From the NCBI RefSeq assembly GCF_001194135.2, contig NC_068988.1:64292990-64356989 (forward strand): a stretch of 64,000 nt of DNA, read 5' to 3'. The translations under genes were made by a program, and so were the position numbers. The stretch comes from Octopus bimaculoides. Its lineage: Eukaryota. The notes beneath the pieces were generated by a model, which worked only from the letters and a program-made list of their open reading frames with translations, made no database searches and was not told the origin of the DNA. This document shows, piece by piece, positions 1-11,486 of the stretch (positions within the stretch are counted from its first letter, which is position 1; each line of letters begins with the position of its first letter).

Positions 1-93
1 GAATAAGTCTCAGGGTCGATTTGATCGACTAAAGGTGGTGCTCCAGCATGGCCGCAGTCAAATGACTGAAACAAGTAAAAAAGTAAAAGAGTA
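1..93 (+). mobile_element. 3' end of tRNA-derived SINE family A
   Basis: GTCGATTTG-TCGACTAAAGG-GGTGCTCCAGCATGGCCGCAGTCAAATGACTGAAACAAGTAAAA tail matches the ends of the copies at 3681-3945, 11487-12003 and 14497-14922. Confidence 0.85.
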
Positions 94-461
94 TGAAAGG
101 TCTTGATCATAGTAATCGGCTGGAGAAGCTCATCATTTATACTCCCCATTTGTATGATGTCGAAAATATTCGAACTGCATTGCCCAAATGATGTTGGCTT
201 CACCTTTAAATTTCACCCAAGGCTTAGTTCCTCTGCCATCCGTCATCTACAAAAATCATGCTCACATTCCATACAACACTAATACAGAACTATTTTACCT
301 CGACTGGCACAGCTTGCCTTAACATCTTTCTAAGACACATACGAGAAGAAACAGGTATTTACATTCAAACGATCACTGGTTGAATACTTCTCCAACAAAT
401 TCCAGATTTACCACGTACACCCGAATATATCTCTGCAAACAATCATACTTTACTTGAATAG
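93..461 (+). mobile_element. Decayed 3' end of CR1/L2-type LINE ORF2 (post-RT C-terminus)
   Basis: Manual translation across frameshifts gives MKGLDHSNRLEKL, CPNDVGFTFKFHPRL and QNYFTSTG...QQIPDLPRTPEYISANNHTLLE*. This resembles, from memory, the 'Y.ERL..L.LYSL..RR' and 'IPD.P..PGY...N.NSL' C-termini of invertebrate CR1/L2-like ORF2. Confidence 0.6.
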
Positions 462-617
462 GATATAAGGCCCAAATAATGACTATAATTCGAAACATTA
501 TTAAATGTCTTTTCCAGATGGTGTTATTGAATTAGTCATAGCCTGGGCCAAATTTCAGCCGAAATTTAATAAAGTACATATATTTCTGTGTGCGTGCATG
601 TTTGTCTCTCTCTCTCT

Positions 618-650
<33 letters not shown>

Positions 651-652
<2 letters not shown>

Positions 653-801
653 ACGGGCTTCTTTCATTTTCGTCTACCAAATCCATTCTCAAGGCTTTGG
701 TCGGCCCCAGACTATAGTAGAAGATACTTGCCCAAGGTGCCGGGCAGTGCGACTGAACCCGGAACCATGTGATTGGGAAGTAAGCTTCTAACCACACACC
801 C
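651..801 (-). mobile_element. 5' half of SINE family A
   Basis: Reverse complement matches the head and body of the full copy at 14497 (B-box-like GGGTTCAGTC; CCTTGGGCAAGT; GGATTTGGTAGACG.AAA.TGAAAGAAGCCCG). It runs into (TA)n at 620-650. Confidence 0.85.
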
Positions 802-806
802 AATAA

Positions 807-839
<33 letters not shown>

Positions 840-1030
840 NNNNNNNNNNNNNNNNNNNNNNNNNNNNNNNNNNNNNNNNNNNNNNNNNNNNNNNNNNNNA
901 GAGAGAGAGTTATTAATATTTCTAAGTCTCTCTAAAGGAGACTACGGCAGCGGTACTGGAAATTAATAGTTATCGCCAAGCCAACATGGCAGTCCCAAAA
1001 TATATATATAAGCAAATAGCAAATGAGTAT

Positions 1031-1221
1031 ATGCATATATACGTACAGGTATGTGCATACCGACATCCACCTGTATGTATAGGTGCATATCTGGGTACAG
1101 GACATTACAAACAAAACGTAGACAAGAAAATGATGATAATCAGAGTACAGAAAACACACAAGCCACATAGAGAACATTTTCCTTCATCAGCTACCCCCGT
1201 TTTAACACCGGCGTTTCGAAG
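1031..1221 (-). repeat. Dispersed repeat family F, copy 1
   Basis: Shares AGCTGATGAAGG...GTGGCT...GTCCTGTACCC.GATATGCA with 33178-33372 (+) and 52318-52492 (-). Confidence 0.7.
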
Positions 1222-2388
1222 AGCTAGATCTGTAGTAACGTTTCAACGATAGGACCTAATAAGACACAAACATCTTCGAGGTTGTTAGTAGCAATATTTA
1301 AGTTATTAGTAACCACTTACAGCTTAATAGACTGAGCTGCTCCGTATAAAACAACTAGGTCATAGATACTTTAATATATTGGTTATAGTACCGCAACCGA
1401 CGTTTTCGTGGGGCGTTTTTGTCTTTTTATTGTTGTTTTTCTGTCGTTTTTTTTTTCTTTTTTAGCTTCTTATCTATTATTCTTATCCATTCGGTCATCT
1501 GTAACTCCACTCAGAACTCACTAAGCGATGTGTGGAATTTTAAGAAAATGATGCATGAAGCTGGGAATCGAAAACCGATCGTTGATTGGACTCAGTGGGA
1601 CTTAACTACCTAATTTACCCTACAGCATATGACGCAAGAAAAGATGCGGAAAAAAGATAAATTATCTATTTTCTCCCTTCCCGTCCTCCATACACACACA
1701 CACATACACACGCACACACTCACACACAAACACACCTCTTTCTGTTTCTCTATCTCTTTTGAAAATAAAATAATATAATATATTATATAAAATAAAATAA
1801 CGAGAAATTAAATTAAATTAAATTAAAAACTGATAAAGATCAAAGGAAAAATTATAACAACTCTACGAAATAAAATTTTCGAAAAACATAAATAGGAATA
1901 ACATAAAGATAATATATAGAGGGGGGGAAATAATAAAAAAATAAACGCGATATTTAAAGAGGAGTTTATCAACAAAGAGAGCTGTTATTGAACTAATAAT
2001 AGTTTAATTATTTAGTATCAGTTTTAGTTTAAGGTGCGTGTGGCGGAAGAGAGAGAGCGGGAGAGAGAGAGCGAGGCCTGGAACACATTTATAAACCCCT
2101 TACCTACCACGTCTGTTATCGACGATGACTTTTATTAGTTCGCTATTTGGCTTCTGTGTATGTTTTTTTCTTCGGCGTGTTGTTTGGTATTAATGCGTAT
2201 ATGTGTGTGGGAAGGAAGTGAAGGGGCGGGGTCAGTAATATATTTCGCAATGGTCGCTTGAGACAGAACAGACAGACAAATTTAAATAACTCACCCATAT
2301 CCTCCCTCGGCCCACGCTAAAGAAAATGATTATTTTTTTTCTCTCTCTCTAAACCGATACATTATTGCATAAACTATTTATTAATATA

Positions 2389-2417
2389 ACGAGCTGAGGC
2401 ACTCGGCGTTGCCCGGG
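2389..2417 (-). mobile_element. Helitron-like 3' terminus (degenerate)
   Basis: Minus strand CCCGGGCAACGCCGAGTGCCTCAGCTCGT aligns 23/29 with CACGGGCAACGCCGGGTATCTCTGCTAGT at 29750-29778 (GC hairpin, then CTAG|T). Confidence 0.45.
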
Positions 2418-2839
2418 TGCCGGATACGTAGGTAGTGCGTGCGTATGTATGTATATGTGGGTTAAACTAACTGAATTGACTCACATACAGCAACCGTTTC
2501 ACGTAGTTTTTTTGTTTGTTTCGTATGCATAAATTTATGAGTGTGTATGTATGCAGATACACATTGTATACATGCATACACATATTCATAAATGCATGCA
2601 TGTTTAAGAGTTTTATTTTATATAATCATTAATTTTTAATTTAAGAAAATCTTTTTTCATACATGTGTGNNNNNNNNNNGCTAGTTCATAAAACGTGCTA
2701 CCTGAATATTTTGTAAATAACACAGACAAATTTCAACATGAAAACAAAAAAGAATGAATTAACTTCTACCTTCAACAGTATTCGAAACTGCATACTAACT
2801 TTCCGAAGATACGATATTTTAAATACAGTTCTTCAGGCC

Positions 2840-3050
2840 GGCGATCTACAGAATTGTTAGCACGCCGGACAAAATTCTTAGCAGCGTTTCGTCCGTCCTT
2901 ACATTTCGAGTTCAAACTCCGTCGAGGTTGACTTTGCCTTCCATCACTTTCGGGGTTTATAAAATAAGTACCAGTAGAGTATTGGGGTCGATGTAATCGA
3001 CTTATACCCTCCTCCAAAATTGCTGGCCATGTGCCAAGATTTAAAACGAA
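2840..3050 (+). mobile_element. SINE family B (Deu/Nin-like central domain)
   Basis: GAGTTCAAA B-box-like motif followed by GAGGTTGACTTTGCCTTCCATCACTTTCGGGGT..ATAAAATAAGTACCAG, repeated many times in the window. Confidence 0.75.
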
Positions 3051-3213
3051 TAATTACAGGGCTCCAATTTGATATTGTCTATACATTGTTACCTAAGAAA
3101 GATGGGTGAGAGAATGATCTTGCGTCTGTGTATATGAATAAGAGAGACAGAAATTATTAGTGTGAGACATAACGTGAAAGGGGGAGCCTAATTAACAGAA
3201 ATATTAAAGAGGA

Positions 3214-3260
3214 GACTGTCTGATGAGAACACAATAAGATTCGAAAATCGATTAAGGCTG
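3214..3260 (+). ncRNA. Minimal hammerhead-ribozyme-like motif, helix I not evident
   Basis: CTGATGA (3220-3226), GAA/TTC helix II, GAAA (3243-3246), palindrome AATCGATT, A17. The flanks do not pair. Confidence 0.35.
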
Positions 3261-3332
3261 TTCATCACCCTTTCAGTCTGCGGAGAAATGGCTAGAATTT
3301 GCCCTGTTTATAATTATACCATATGTTACGTA

Positions 3333-3489
3333 TGATAGATCGCTGACCACTACATTTATATTTTTTTTCTCCTTGTTTCTCTCCTTGTTTCTTTCTGTGT
3401 TCCTTTCAGTTGAAAAGCGTAGGCTCGAAACGTCAAAGACTTTCTCTATTCCCGAGCGTTAAACTAATACATCCATTTGTTGTTTACAC
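3333..3489 (+). mobile_element. Penelope-like/retrozyme-like repeat family H with hammerhead-like motif (3403-3438)
   Basis: Inverted homologue at 26215-26412. Motif CTTT CAGTTGA A AAGC GTAG GCTC GAAA CG T C AAAG, with helix I CTTT/AAAG. Confidence 0.6.
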
Positions 3490-3680
3490 NNNNNNNNNNN
3501 NNNNNNNNNNNNNNNNNNNNNNNNNNNNNNNNNNNNNNNNNNNNNNNNNNNNNNNNNNNNNNNNNNNNNNNNNNNNNNNNNNNNNNNNNNNNNNNNNNNN
3601 NNNNNNNNNNNNNNNNNNNNNNNNNNNNNNNNNNNNNNNNNNNNNNNNNNNNNNNNNNNNNNNNNNNNNNNNNNNNNNNN

Positions 3681-3718
<38 letters not shown>

Positions 3719-3945
3719 TGTGTGTTTGTGTTTGTGTGTTTGTGTTCGTCCCCCCCTCCCAACATCGCTTGACAACCGATGGTGGTGCTTTTACGTCCCA
3801 GTAACTTAGCGGTTCGGCAAAATAGACCGATAGAATAAGTACTACGCTTACAAAGAATAAGTCCCGGGGTCGATTTGCTCGACTAAAGGCGGTGCTCCAG
3901 CATGGCCGTAGTCAAATGACTGAAACAAGTAAAAGAAAAAAAAAG
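3681..3945 (+). mobile_element. 3' half of SINE family A (5' half probably in the gap)
   Basis: (TG)n followed by CATCGCTTGACAACCGATG...GGTTCGGCAAAA...GACTGAAACAAGTAAAAG. Confidence 0.85.
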
Positions 3946-4238
3946 AGGACAGTAAGGAAGAAAAGACACCATTAAACTGACATCCTAAATTGATGACGTT
4001 TCTCTACTTCACAGCAACACAAGCAGTGTTTCAACATTCCTTTCTTTGTATTTTCCCCCGTTTTATTTCAGTGGGGTTTTGATCTCGGAATGTCTTCTTT
4101 CTTTGTGTATGATTCTGGAATTCTTTTGGAATTGTGCGCAAAATGTGGAAGCGATCGGCTGAGAAATGATGACGTACCAAGACAGATAGTCAAACGTCGA
4201 CGCTTATAGTTATAGGTACACAATATTATGTTATATAA

Positions 4239-4520
4239 GACGCTGAGCTGGCAGAATTGTTTTCACACCGGACAAAATGCTTAACAGTTTTTTGTCCTTC
4301 TGTACGTTCACAGTTCAAAGTCCGCCGAGGTCGACTTTTCCGATTATCCTTTTTATAATAGATTATTTTACTATAATAGATTACCTTACATTGGCTTTAA
4401 ATTTTGGCACAAGTCCATGGGCAAGTCGATTACATCGACCCTGGTGTTCAACTGGTACTTTATTTATCGATCCCGAAAGGATGGAGAGCAAAGTCGATCT
4501 CGGCAGAATTTGAACACATA
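4239..4520. mobile_element. Two partial SINE family B copies in inverted orientation
   Basis: 4239-4345 (+) head GCTGAGCTGGCAGAATTG...GTTCAAAGTCCGCCGAGGTCGACTTT. 4397-4520 (-) contains AAAGTCGATCTCGGCAGAATTTGAAC. Confidence 0.7.
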
Positions 4521-5636
4521 GTGTCAAAGTGTCAAATAAGTTAGCATTGAATCAATGACGTCGAATAGGCGGCGCCAAAACTGCTGTGCCAAAACTGCTG
4601 TGCCAAAACACCTCTTACATCATTCTATATCAGTTGTAAATATTGTAGAATTGTAGATGACTCTTAGTATGTTTATTTGTGTTTGTGTGTGTATGTTTTA
4701 TATTATTGAATATAATGGTTTTATATGATGGTTTATGGTATAGCTAGTAAAAAAGGGGACAGTAAATTTGCTCGGCGCTATTTTCTGTCTGTTGCTATAG
4801 AATTTCCAAGTGATTTAAATAGGGTTGGAATTGTTGTGAAGCAGTGTCTAAGGAACAATGAGAGGTTGTTAGTATAATGTCATTTGTGTATGATGTTCTG
4901 TATGTGTGCATGAGGCTGTGTTTGTAAGAAGCCGTGTTTTGTGGAGGTGCGGGAAAGTGGCATAGATGTAGGTTGAAAAGACCGGTATATTCCTTCAGGA
5001 AATTGCATGTTCCAGACACGTTGTCCTTCAACACTATGTGGGCTTTGCTACCTGACAACAGACGGATTGTTTGACAGCAGCGTTTTGTGTTGTTTCTTAG
5101 GGCGATGTTGATTATTTCATGTATGAAATAGATAATCAGGAATGGCTCTGAATGCTTTGTTGATGTCGATGTAATTAGAATGTTACGTGTAAGGGTTTGA
5201 TTGGTTGTTGAAGCCATCATGTATTCTCTTTGTTATGTACATGTGATGGATGGCTGTATTTGCTTGGATCTCTAGGTCTTGTTGTGATCTAGGGAGATAT
5301 AGGAATATAGGATTGGTGATGTTGCCTTCTGGTACACATAATGAATGTTTATAATTATTCTGTTGACTATATACAGTAGTAGCAGTTTGTGTTGCTTTTG
5401 TCAATCCCAGCTCAAGCCTCATCGAGAAGACTTAATATAAAAGCATACCAGCCGTGACCATTCCATCTTTTTTTCTGATATGTATGACATCCAGAACCAT
5501 AATTTTCTTTTGTAACGCAGAATGCAGTTCGAGAGAGATTTGACGGTTACGTCCAGCCGAGAGCGCGGCTACGTAGGAGCTCCCTCGTTTTCTTGTTAAG
5601 TGTTTATCGTAATACCAGGTTCGAAATTTTCCCCAA

Positions 5637-5682
5637 GAAACCTGATGAAGGCTGGAGGGTATATCAGCCGAAACGTTGTGTT
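5637..5682 (+). ncRNA. Minimal type I hammerhead ribozyme candidate (Penelope-like)
   Basis: GAAAC CTGATGA A GGCTG gagggtatat CAGCC GAAA CG T T GTGTT: intact core, perfect 5-bp helix II, ACGU palindrome, helix I 4/5 paired. Confidence 0.6.
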
Positions 5683-6339
5683 AACAACAAACAAGATGAG
5701 GACAAATATCCGTCAAATGTAAATAATGTAATACTTTTCGTTCATCTTAATTTATGGTTCAGGAATACTTTTACATTCACCCAGTAAAAACACAAATCCC
5801 ACAGATTATATTACATGAACCAAAGCCACTCAAGATACAGAATCGATGAATACATCATGAAAATCTAAGAAACGCAGCATTCAAACATGAACTAGCAGAT
5901 TATATTAGAAAAACAGCAGAGATGAAAACCTTTTTATCAACCGGAAATGACAAATCTACAAGGCGCAGAACACACATCAGACAACAATGTAATATTAAAA
6001 TTGCAATATAGCCATGAATTCTCTTACGTTCGCGATGCAGAGTGTTGTGTTACATGAAACATATATTGCTATATAATCGCATTGGTTGATCATGTATTTA
6101 CAACAAGAACCTTTTACAGTGCACGAAGCAAAAAGTAGATGGGGTGGAGAAGCAGCTATATAGCTATATATAGCAGGCGTCCCCTATATGGCAAGGGTCA
6201 CCAAACACTGGTTCACAGAACATTTGGTACCATATCGCAGATCATTTGATACCGCACAGAGAGGATAAAATTTTAAAATTTTATTTCTATTTTATTGATG
6301 ACCGCAGACCATAAGATGTTTTTGCTTGCTATCTTTTAT

Positions 6340-6738
6340 ATTCGACTTGTTTCAGTCATTGGGCTGCGGCCATGCTGAGGCTCTGTCTTCAAGAACTTTA
6401 GTCGAACAAATTATTCGAGTACTTCTTTTTTTTTTCTTTTTAAAATGATAGTTATTCTATTGGTCCCTTTGGCTGAAGCACTAAATGACGGGGACGTAAA
6501 CACATCAACACCGGCTGTCAAGCGGTGGCGGAGGACAAACATGGACAAACGCACGCACCCACACACACACACATATATACATATATATATATATATATAT
6601 ACGACGGGCTTCTTTCAGTTCCCGTCTACGAAATCCACTCAATGCTTTGTTTCGTTCCGAAGCTATAGTACAAAACTGAACCCGGAACCATGTGGTTAGG
6701 AAGCAAGCTTCTTACCACATAGCCACGCCTGCGCCTAT
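6340..6738 (-). mobile_element. Near-full-length SINE family A with internal deletion
   Basis: Minus strand starts ATAGGCGCAGGCGTGGCTATGTGG, has an internal (TA)/(TG) microsatellite and ends GACTGAAACAAGTCG. Confidence 0.85.
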
Positions 6739-7591
6739 ATTATATACGTCATAATTAAATTATACAATTAAGCACTTTATTGTGTTTTGCAATGCAATTA
6801 ACCCCCTCCCTAACCCTTCATGGAATAATTGTTATGCATGAAACCTATCCGCAGTGTAAGAAGATTGGGCACCGCTGTTATTAATCATGGCTGCTTTAGT
6901 AACAGACAAATTGAAACCAAAAATAGTGGCGTTTCGGAATTTTAAAAATCTTTGATTTGTGATGGATCTCGTTTCATTGCGCTTTTGCGAGCTTTCTAAA
7001 TGTAATCTGTTGGATGTGCGTTGTGATAGATAATTAGCGGCATATGGTGCGAGAAAGTGGTGGGTGAATTGTTTAACTAGTGTTTGTGGTGGGTAGGTGT
7101 AAGGAGCAGAAATTAATATCTCAACGTGTATGTTGTTGGGATTGTTTAGGATATAAAGGAGGTTCCGCTGAGATGTTTTAAAACTTATTTTGTTAGATTT
7201 TCTGAGTTGAAAATCAGGTTTAGAGTGCATTGGAACTTCCTCTAGTTGAGGTGTTTCTGAGAGTAAACTGTATTGTTACAGGCGAGTGTGACCAAGTGAG
7301 ATTGTTTGTATGTTTTGGTCCAATTTTCTTTCAGCTCTTGCCAGTTGCCACCTGAAGGGAATTAATATTATCGTTAAAGGCGCGAAATTGCATTTGACTC
7401 TCTGACCGATAACTGATGAGGAGTTGGAGACCTTCTGTGTCTGTTTTCCATTGGTCTGTGCATTCACTATGTCTTTCAACTTGCGATTCTGTGTCTGTTT
7501 TCCATTCGTTTATGCATTTACTATACGTTTTTTAACTTATTAACAGAACGCATCGCACCCTTAGTTTAATTAACAGTAAATTGTTATAGAC

Positions 7592-7640
<49 letters not shown>

Positions 7641-8639
7641 TACACTTTCTATTTGGGGATAAAAAGCCTACCAATGGTTTCATGCGAAAATTCTCACAAT
7701 TTTTGGCGGGTTGCTTAATAATGTCTACAATCCGTCTCCATGTTGGAGTGTGTTTGTGTGCGCGCGCGTGCATGTTGTGTGTTGCTGATATTCTACTTCG
7801 AGATTGCGTTCTTAGTTTAGTCTCGTTAATGTTGTTCTTTTTTATGGACGGTGGTGACTGGCATAGGTGAATTATAGGCAGTAGTAGTAGTAGTAGGGAG
7901 GAGGAGGTGATTTTTTTGTTTTTGTAGTGGTGGTGATCTCAGCGGTGAGGGTGATGGTTGTAGAGATGAGTGTGCAAAGGTGATGTTGTGGACTCTATGC
8001 AATAGTGATTGCGTTTCATACATTATGAAACAATATCTGATATGGAAAGATAGTATAACGACAATACAAATATCAACAATGAAAAAATAAGAATCATTAT
8101 AACAACAATAACATTAATAACAATGATGATGATGATAATGAGCATCATCATCATCAGGACCATAATAATAATAATAATGATGATGATGATAATTGCCATG
8201 TGTAAGCTAATACCTAATTACAAATAATAGCAAAACCGAAGTTTACAAAATTATGAAAGAAATTATGAAAATATAAAATGGCCGGGAACGAGAGAGAAAT
8301 ATAGTGTAATGCAAGATATATATATATATATATATATANNNNNNNNNNNNNNNNNNNNNNNNNNNNNNNNNNNNNNNNNNNNNNNNNNNNNNNNNNNNNN
8401 NNNNNNNNNNNNNNNNNNNNNNNNNNNNNNNNNNNNNNNNNNNNNNNNNNNNNNNNNNNNNNNNNNNNNNNNNNNNNNNNNNNNNNNNNNNNNNNNNNNN
8501 NNNNNNNNNNNNNNNNNNNNNNNNNNNNNNNNNNNNNNNNNNNNNNNNNNNNNNNNNNNNNNNNNNNNNNNNNNNNNNNNNNNNNNNNNNNNNNNNNNNN
8601 NNNNNNNNNNNNNNNNNNNNNNNNNNNNNNNNNNNNNNN

Positions 8640-8672
<33 letters not shown>

Positions 8673-9409
8673 GTATGTATATATATATATATATATTGTG
8701 TGTTTGTGTGTGTGTGTAAAGACAGAGATGGGGTGAGATAGAAAGAGCGTATGAGAAGGAGAGGAGGCTGTTGTTTCAGAAATTTGAACGTTAAAATAAT
8801 ATAAAATTGATGTTGTGTGAAATGAGGGTCTAAACAAATATATTGCATTTATTAGGGATAGTCATGAAAGGGTTAATAATGTTGGTGGGCATGGTGGCAG
8901 CGGAGGTTGGGGAGTTGGCGGTGGCAGTTGTGGTGGTGCTGGTGGTGGCTGTGGTGGTAGTGGTCTGAGGCGGAAAGTAACGCTACTGGCGAGGCTGGTT
9001 CTTGAGTTGATATTCGTGAAGGAGGTTATTACAACGGTGGTGGGGTTGTTGGAATGGATGGCGATGGAGGGGATGTGATGGTAGTGGTAGATTTGGCGGT
9101 GGTGACGGTGATCATGTTATCATTCTTGGTTTCGTTTTTGAGGGTGATGATGGCGGTGATGGTGGTCGTGGTGCTTGCGATGGAGGTGATGGTGGTGGTG
9201 GCGTTCAAGATGTTTACTGGTTGTGTTGCTGTTGTGTTGGACTCCAAGTTACCTTTATCCAAGCGGACTTGTAATTGAAGGCTTCCCATCGTGACCAACC
9301 CGTCTTATTTTTCTATGTGCAACGAACTCAACGCTCGAAAGTAACTTTTTCGTTTAAAGACAATAATGTATCTTGTCATTGTGTTGAGTCAAAAGTTTTA
9401 GTCAGTTAC

Positions 9410-9808
9410 CTCGCAAGGCGAAATGCCTAGCAGTATTTCGTCTGTCTTTACGTTCTGAGTTCAAATTCTGCCAAGATCAACTTTGCCTTTCATCCTTTCG
9501 GGGTCGATAGATTAAGTACCAGTTGCGTACTGGCTCGATCTAATCGACTGACCCCCTCCCCAAAAGTTTCGGACCTTATGCCTAGAGTTGAAAAGATTCT
9601 TTAAGGCAGAGAGCTGGCAGAAACGTTAACAAGCCGGGCGAAATGCTGAGCCGTATTTCGTTTGTCTATACGTTCTGAGTTCAAATTCCGCCGAGGTTGA
9701 CTTTGTCCTTCATCCTTTCGGAGGTCGATAAATTAAGTACCAGTTGCGTACAAGGATCGATCTAATCAAAAATTTCGGGTCTTGTGCCGAGAGTAGAAAA
9801 GAATATTA
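9410..9808 (+). mobile_element. Tandem pair of SINE family B copies (~9410-9595 and ~9603-9808)
   Basis: Both carry TACGTTCTGAGTTCAAATTC..CC.AG.T..ACTTTG.C.TTCATCCTTTCGG.GGTCGATA.ATTAAGTACCAGTTGCGTAC. Confidence 0.8.
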
Positions 9809-9836
9809 TTGGTAGCTTCTTTAGTTTACTTGTTCC

Positions 9837-9963
9837 GATCCATGGTTCACTTCCTGCGCTCGTGACGCTTCATCAACCAAGATCCATGGTTCACTTCCTG
9901 CGCTCGTGAGACTTCATCAACCAGGATCCATGGCTCACTTCCTGCGCTCGTGACGCTTCATCA
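9837..9963. repeat. 44-bp minisatellite, ~3 units
   Basis: Unit GATCCATGGTTCACTTCCTGCGCTCGTGACGCTTCATCAACCAR at 9837, 9881 and 9925, nearly identical. Confidence 0.95.
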
Positions 9964-11059
9964 TCCGAGAGGAGGTGGAAGGGGATTCTGGGGAGGAGTT
10001 CTTTGCCTCGAAGGACAAGAACTGGTAATCAGCGTGGGATTAAAGGACTAGCAGATCACAGATTTATTTAGCAATTATATAGCCAGTATATGGCTGGTAG
10101 GACCGACCCCACATGAGGATGAAAGGCAAAGTCGATTTCTGCAGGATTTAATGTAAAATCTAGTCACCGAAATGTTGCAACGTTGTATGAAAATGAAAGA
10201 ATTTAATACTAAATTTCGAGCTAAGGAGACAGTGTTGCGTAAAACCATGGGCACACTGGGCAGTTACGCTAGGTTTCCACGGGTCTAGGACCACAATATG
10301 TTCAGTAGTTGTGCATGTAAGGACCCCTGTGTATCAGTTTTGTGGAGCGCGGGGATCGGGGAGTAATGATGCTGTTGAAACGACCCTATTAAGAGGTACC
10401 CTATAAACGAGGGATGAGGAGACGTGCGCCTGCGTGTGAAATTTCAGCTGTATTCCAGTTTGAAATAATTCGTTGACGAAATTCTCTAAAATCCTCGTCT
10501 GAATGGGATTTTTTTTTTCTGTTTTTTTAAGAACGGTTTAAGCCTAAAATCCAAAACAAGTAATTTAATATAACTTATTTTCAACACTCCACAGGGTATT
10601 TAAAATATTATAATTAGTGTCTGGTTAATTAATGTTCTCGAATATTTTAATTGAAGTCGCTTAGTCTGGCCGCATGCATACTGATTAAGTAGGTAGCATC
10701 ATCTATCTCAGTGTAGATGCACCTCCCTCCACACAAGTGCTTGTGCGCTTACAGCTCCGCCTTTGGTGTTAAAAAGCCTGTCTAATTCTGTCCTACATCA
10801 ACCACCGACTTGTTAGACTTAGCAACCAAATCACCTCAGCTCATAATATTTTATCATCTTTTAGAAAGGGATTCAATCGTATAATACAGTCGTAGCTACA
10901 CTGCAGCCAACTGATACCCGTGAGCGAGTATGACTTGGTAACGTGTACCATGCTTTCGCTAATTCTTTTAGGCATCTATGTGGTCGTGGGCAGGCGTAGA
11001 CTTCCCCCACCAGAACATTGAAGATCTGATAATTGTAGATGGGTGGAGAAGATGCATCG

Positions 11060-11200
11060 ACACCCAGTTCGTAGTCATTGTCAGCTGCGTAAATTGGAGC
11101 AACATAAAATAAAGTAACTACGCTATCCTGTAAAGGAATTGAACCAACGACTTTATGATTAAGAGCCGAACACTCTAACCGTTAGACCACGTGCGTTCAC
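11060..11200 (-). mobile_element. Degenerate 5' part of SINE family C
   Basis: Minus strand GTGAACGCACGTGGTCTAACGGTTAGAGTG...GGTTCAATTCC resembles the head at 19151. Confidence 0.5.
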
Positions 11201-11234
11201 ATAGAGAGGTTATCATTTATCTTTAACTTTTTTA

Positions 11235-11470
11235 TTTCTGTTAGTCATTGGACTGCGGCCTTGCTGGGGCACCATCTTGAAGAGTTTTAGTCGAACGAAT
11301 CGACCCAGAGCTAGTGTTGCTTTTTTGTAGTTGTTACTTTTTTTTTTTAAGTGAGGTACTTGTTCGGTCGGTCTCTTTTACCGAACCACTAAATTACGGG
11401 GACGTAAACAAACTAACACCAGTTGTCAGGCTTTGTGGTGGGATGACAAACACAAGCACGAGAACACACA
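11235..11470 (-). mobile_element. 3' half of SINE family A
   Basis: GTCATTGGACTGCGGCCTTGCTGGGGCACC...TACGGGGACGTAAACA...GTTGTCA is the reverse complement of the family A 3' half. Confidence 0.75.
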
Positions 11471-11486
11471 CATATACATAGATATA

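Noticed and set aside
6175-6310. Possible hAT/Charlie-like MITE end (AAGGGTCACCAAAC...CCGCACAG)
   Set aside because: Only a vague resemblance; no partner TIR or 8-bp TSD found.
8880-9290. Thr-rich or Val-rich ORFs (mucin-like or membrane-like)
   Set aside because: Degenerate GGT/GAT trinucleotide tract with no splice or homology support.
9837-9963. Tandem hammerhead (newt-satellite-like) reading of the 44-bp repeat on the minus strand (TTGATGA...GAA..CCATGG)
   Set aside because: C3 is absent, helix II does not end next to a GAAA, and the A15.1-U16.1 pair cannot be placed.
9837-9963. CRISPR-like array
   Set aside because: The units are contiguous with no unique spacers, the context is eukaryotic and there are no cas genes.
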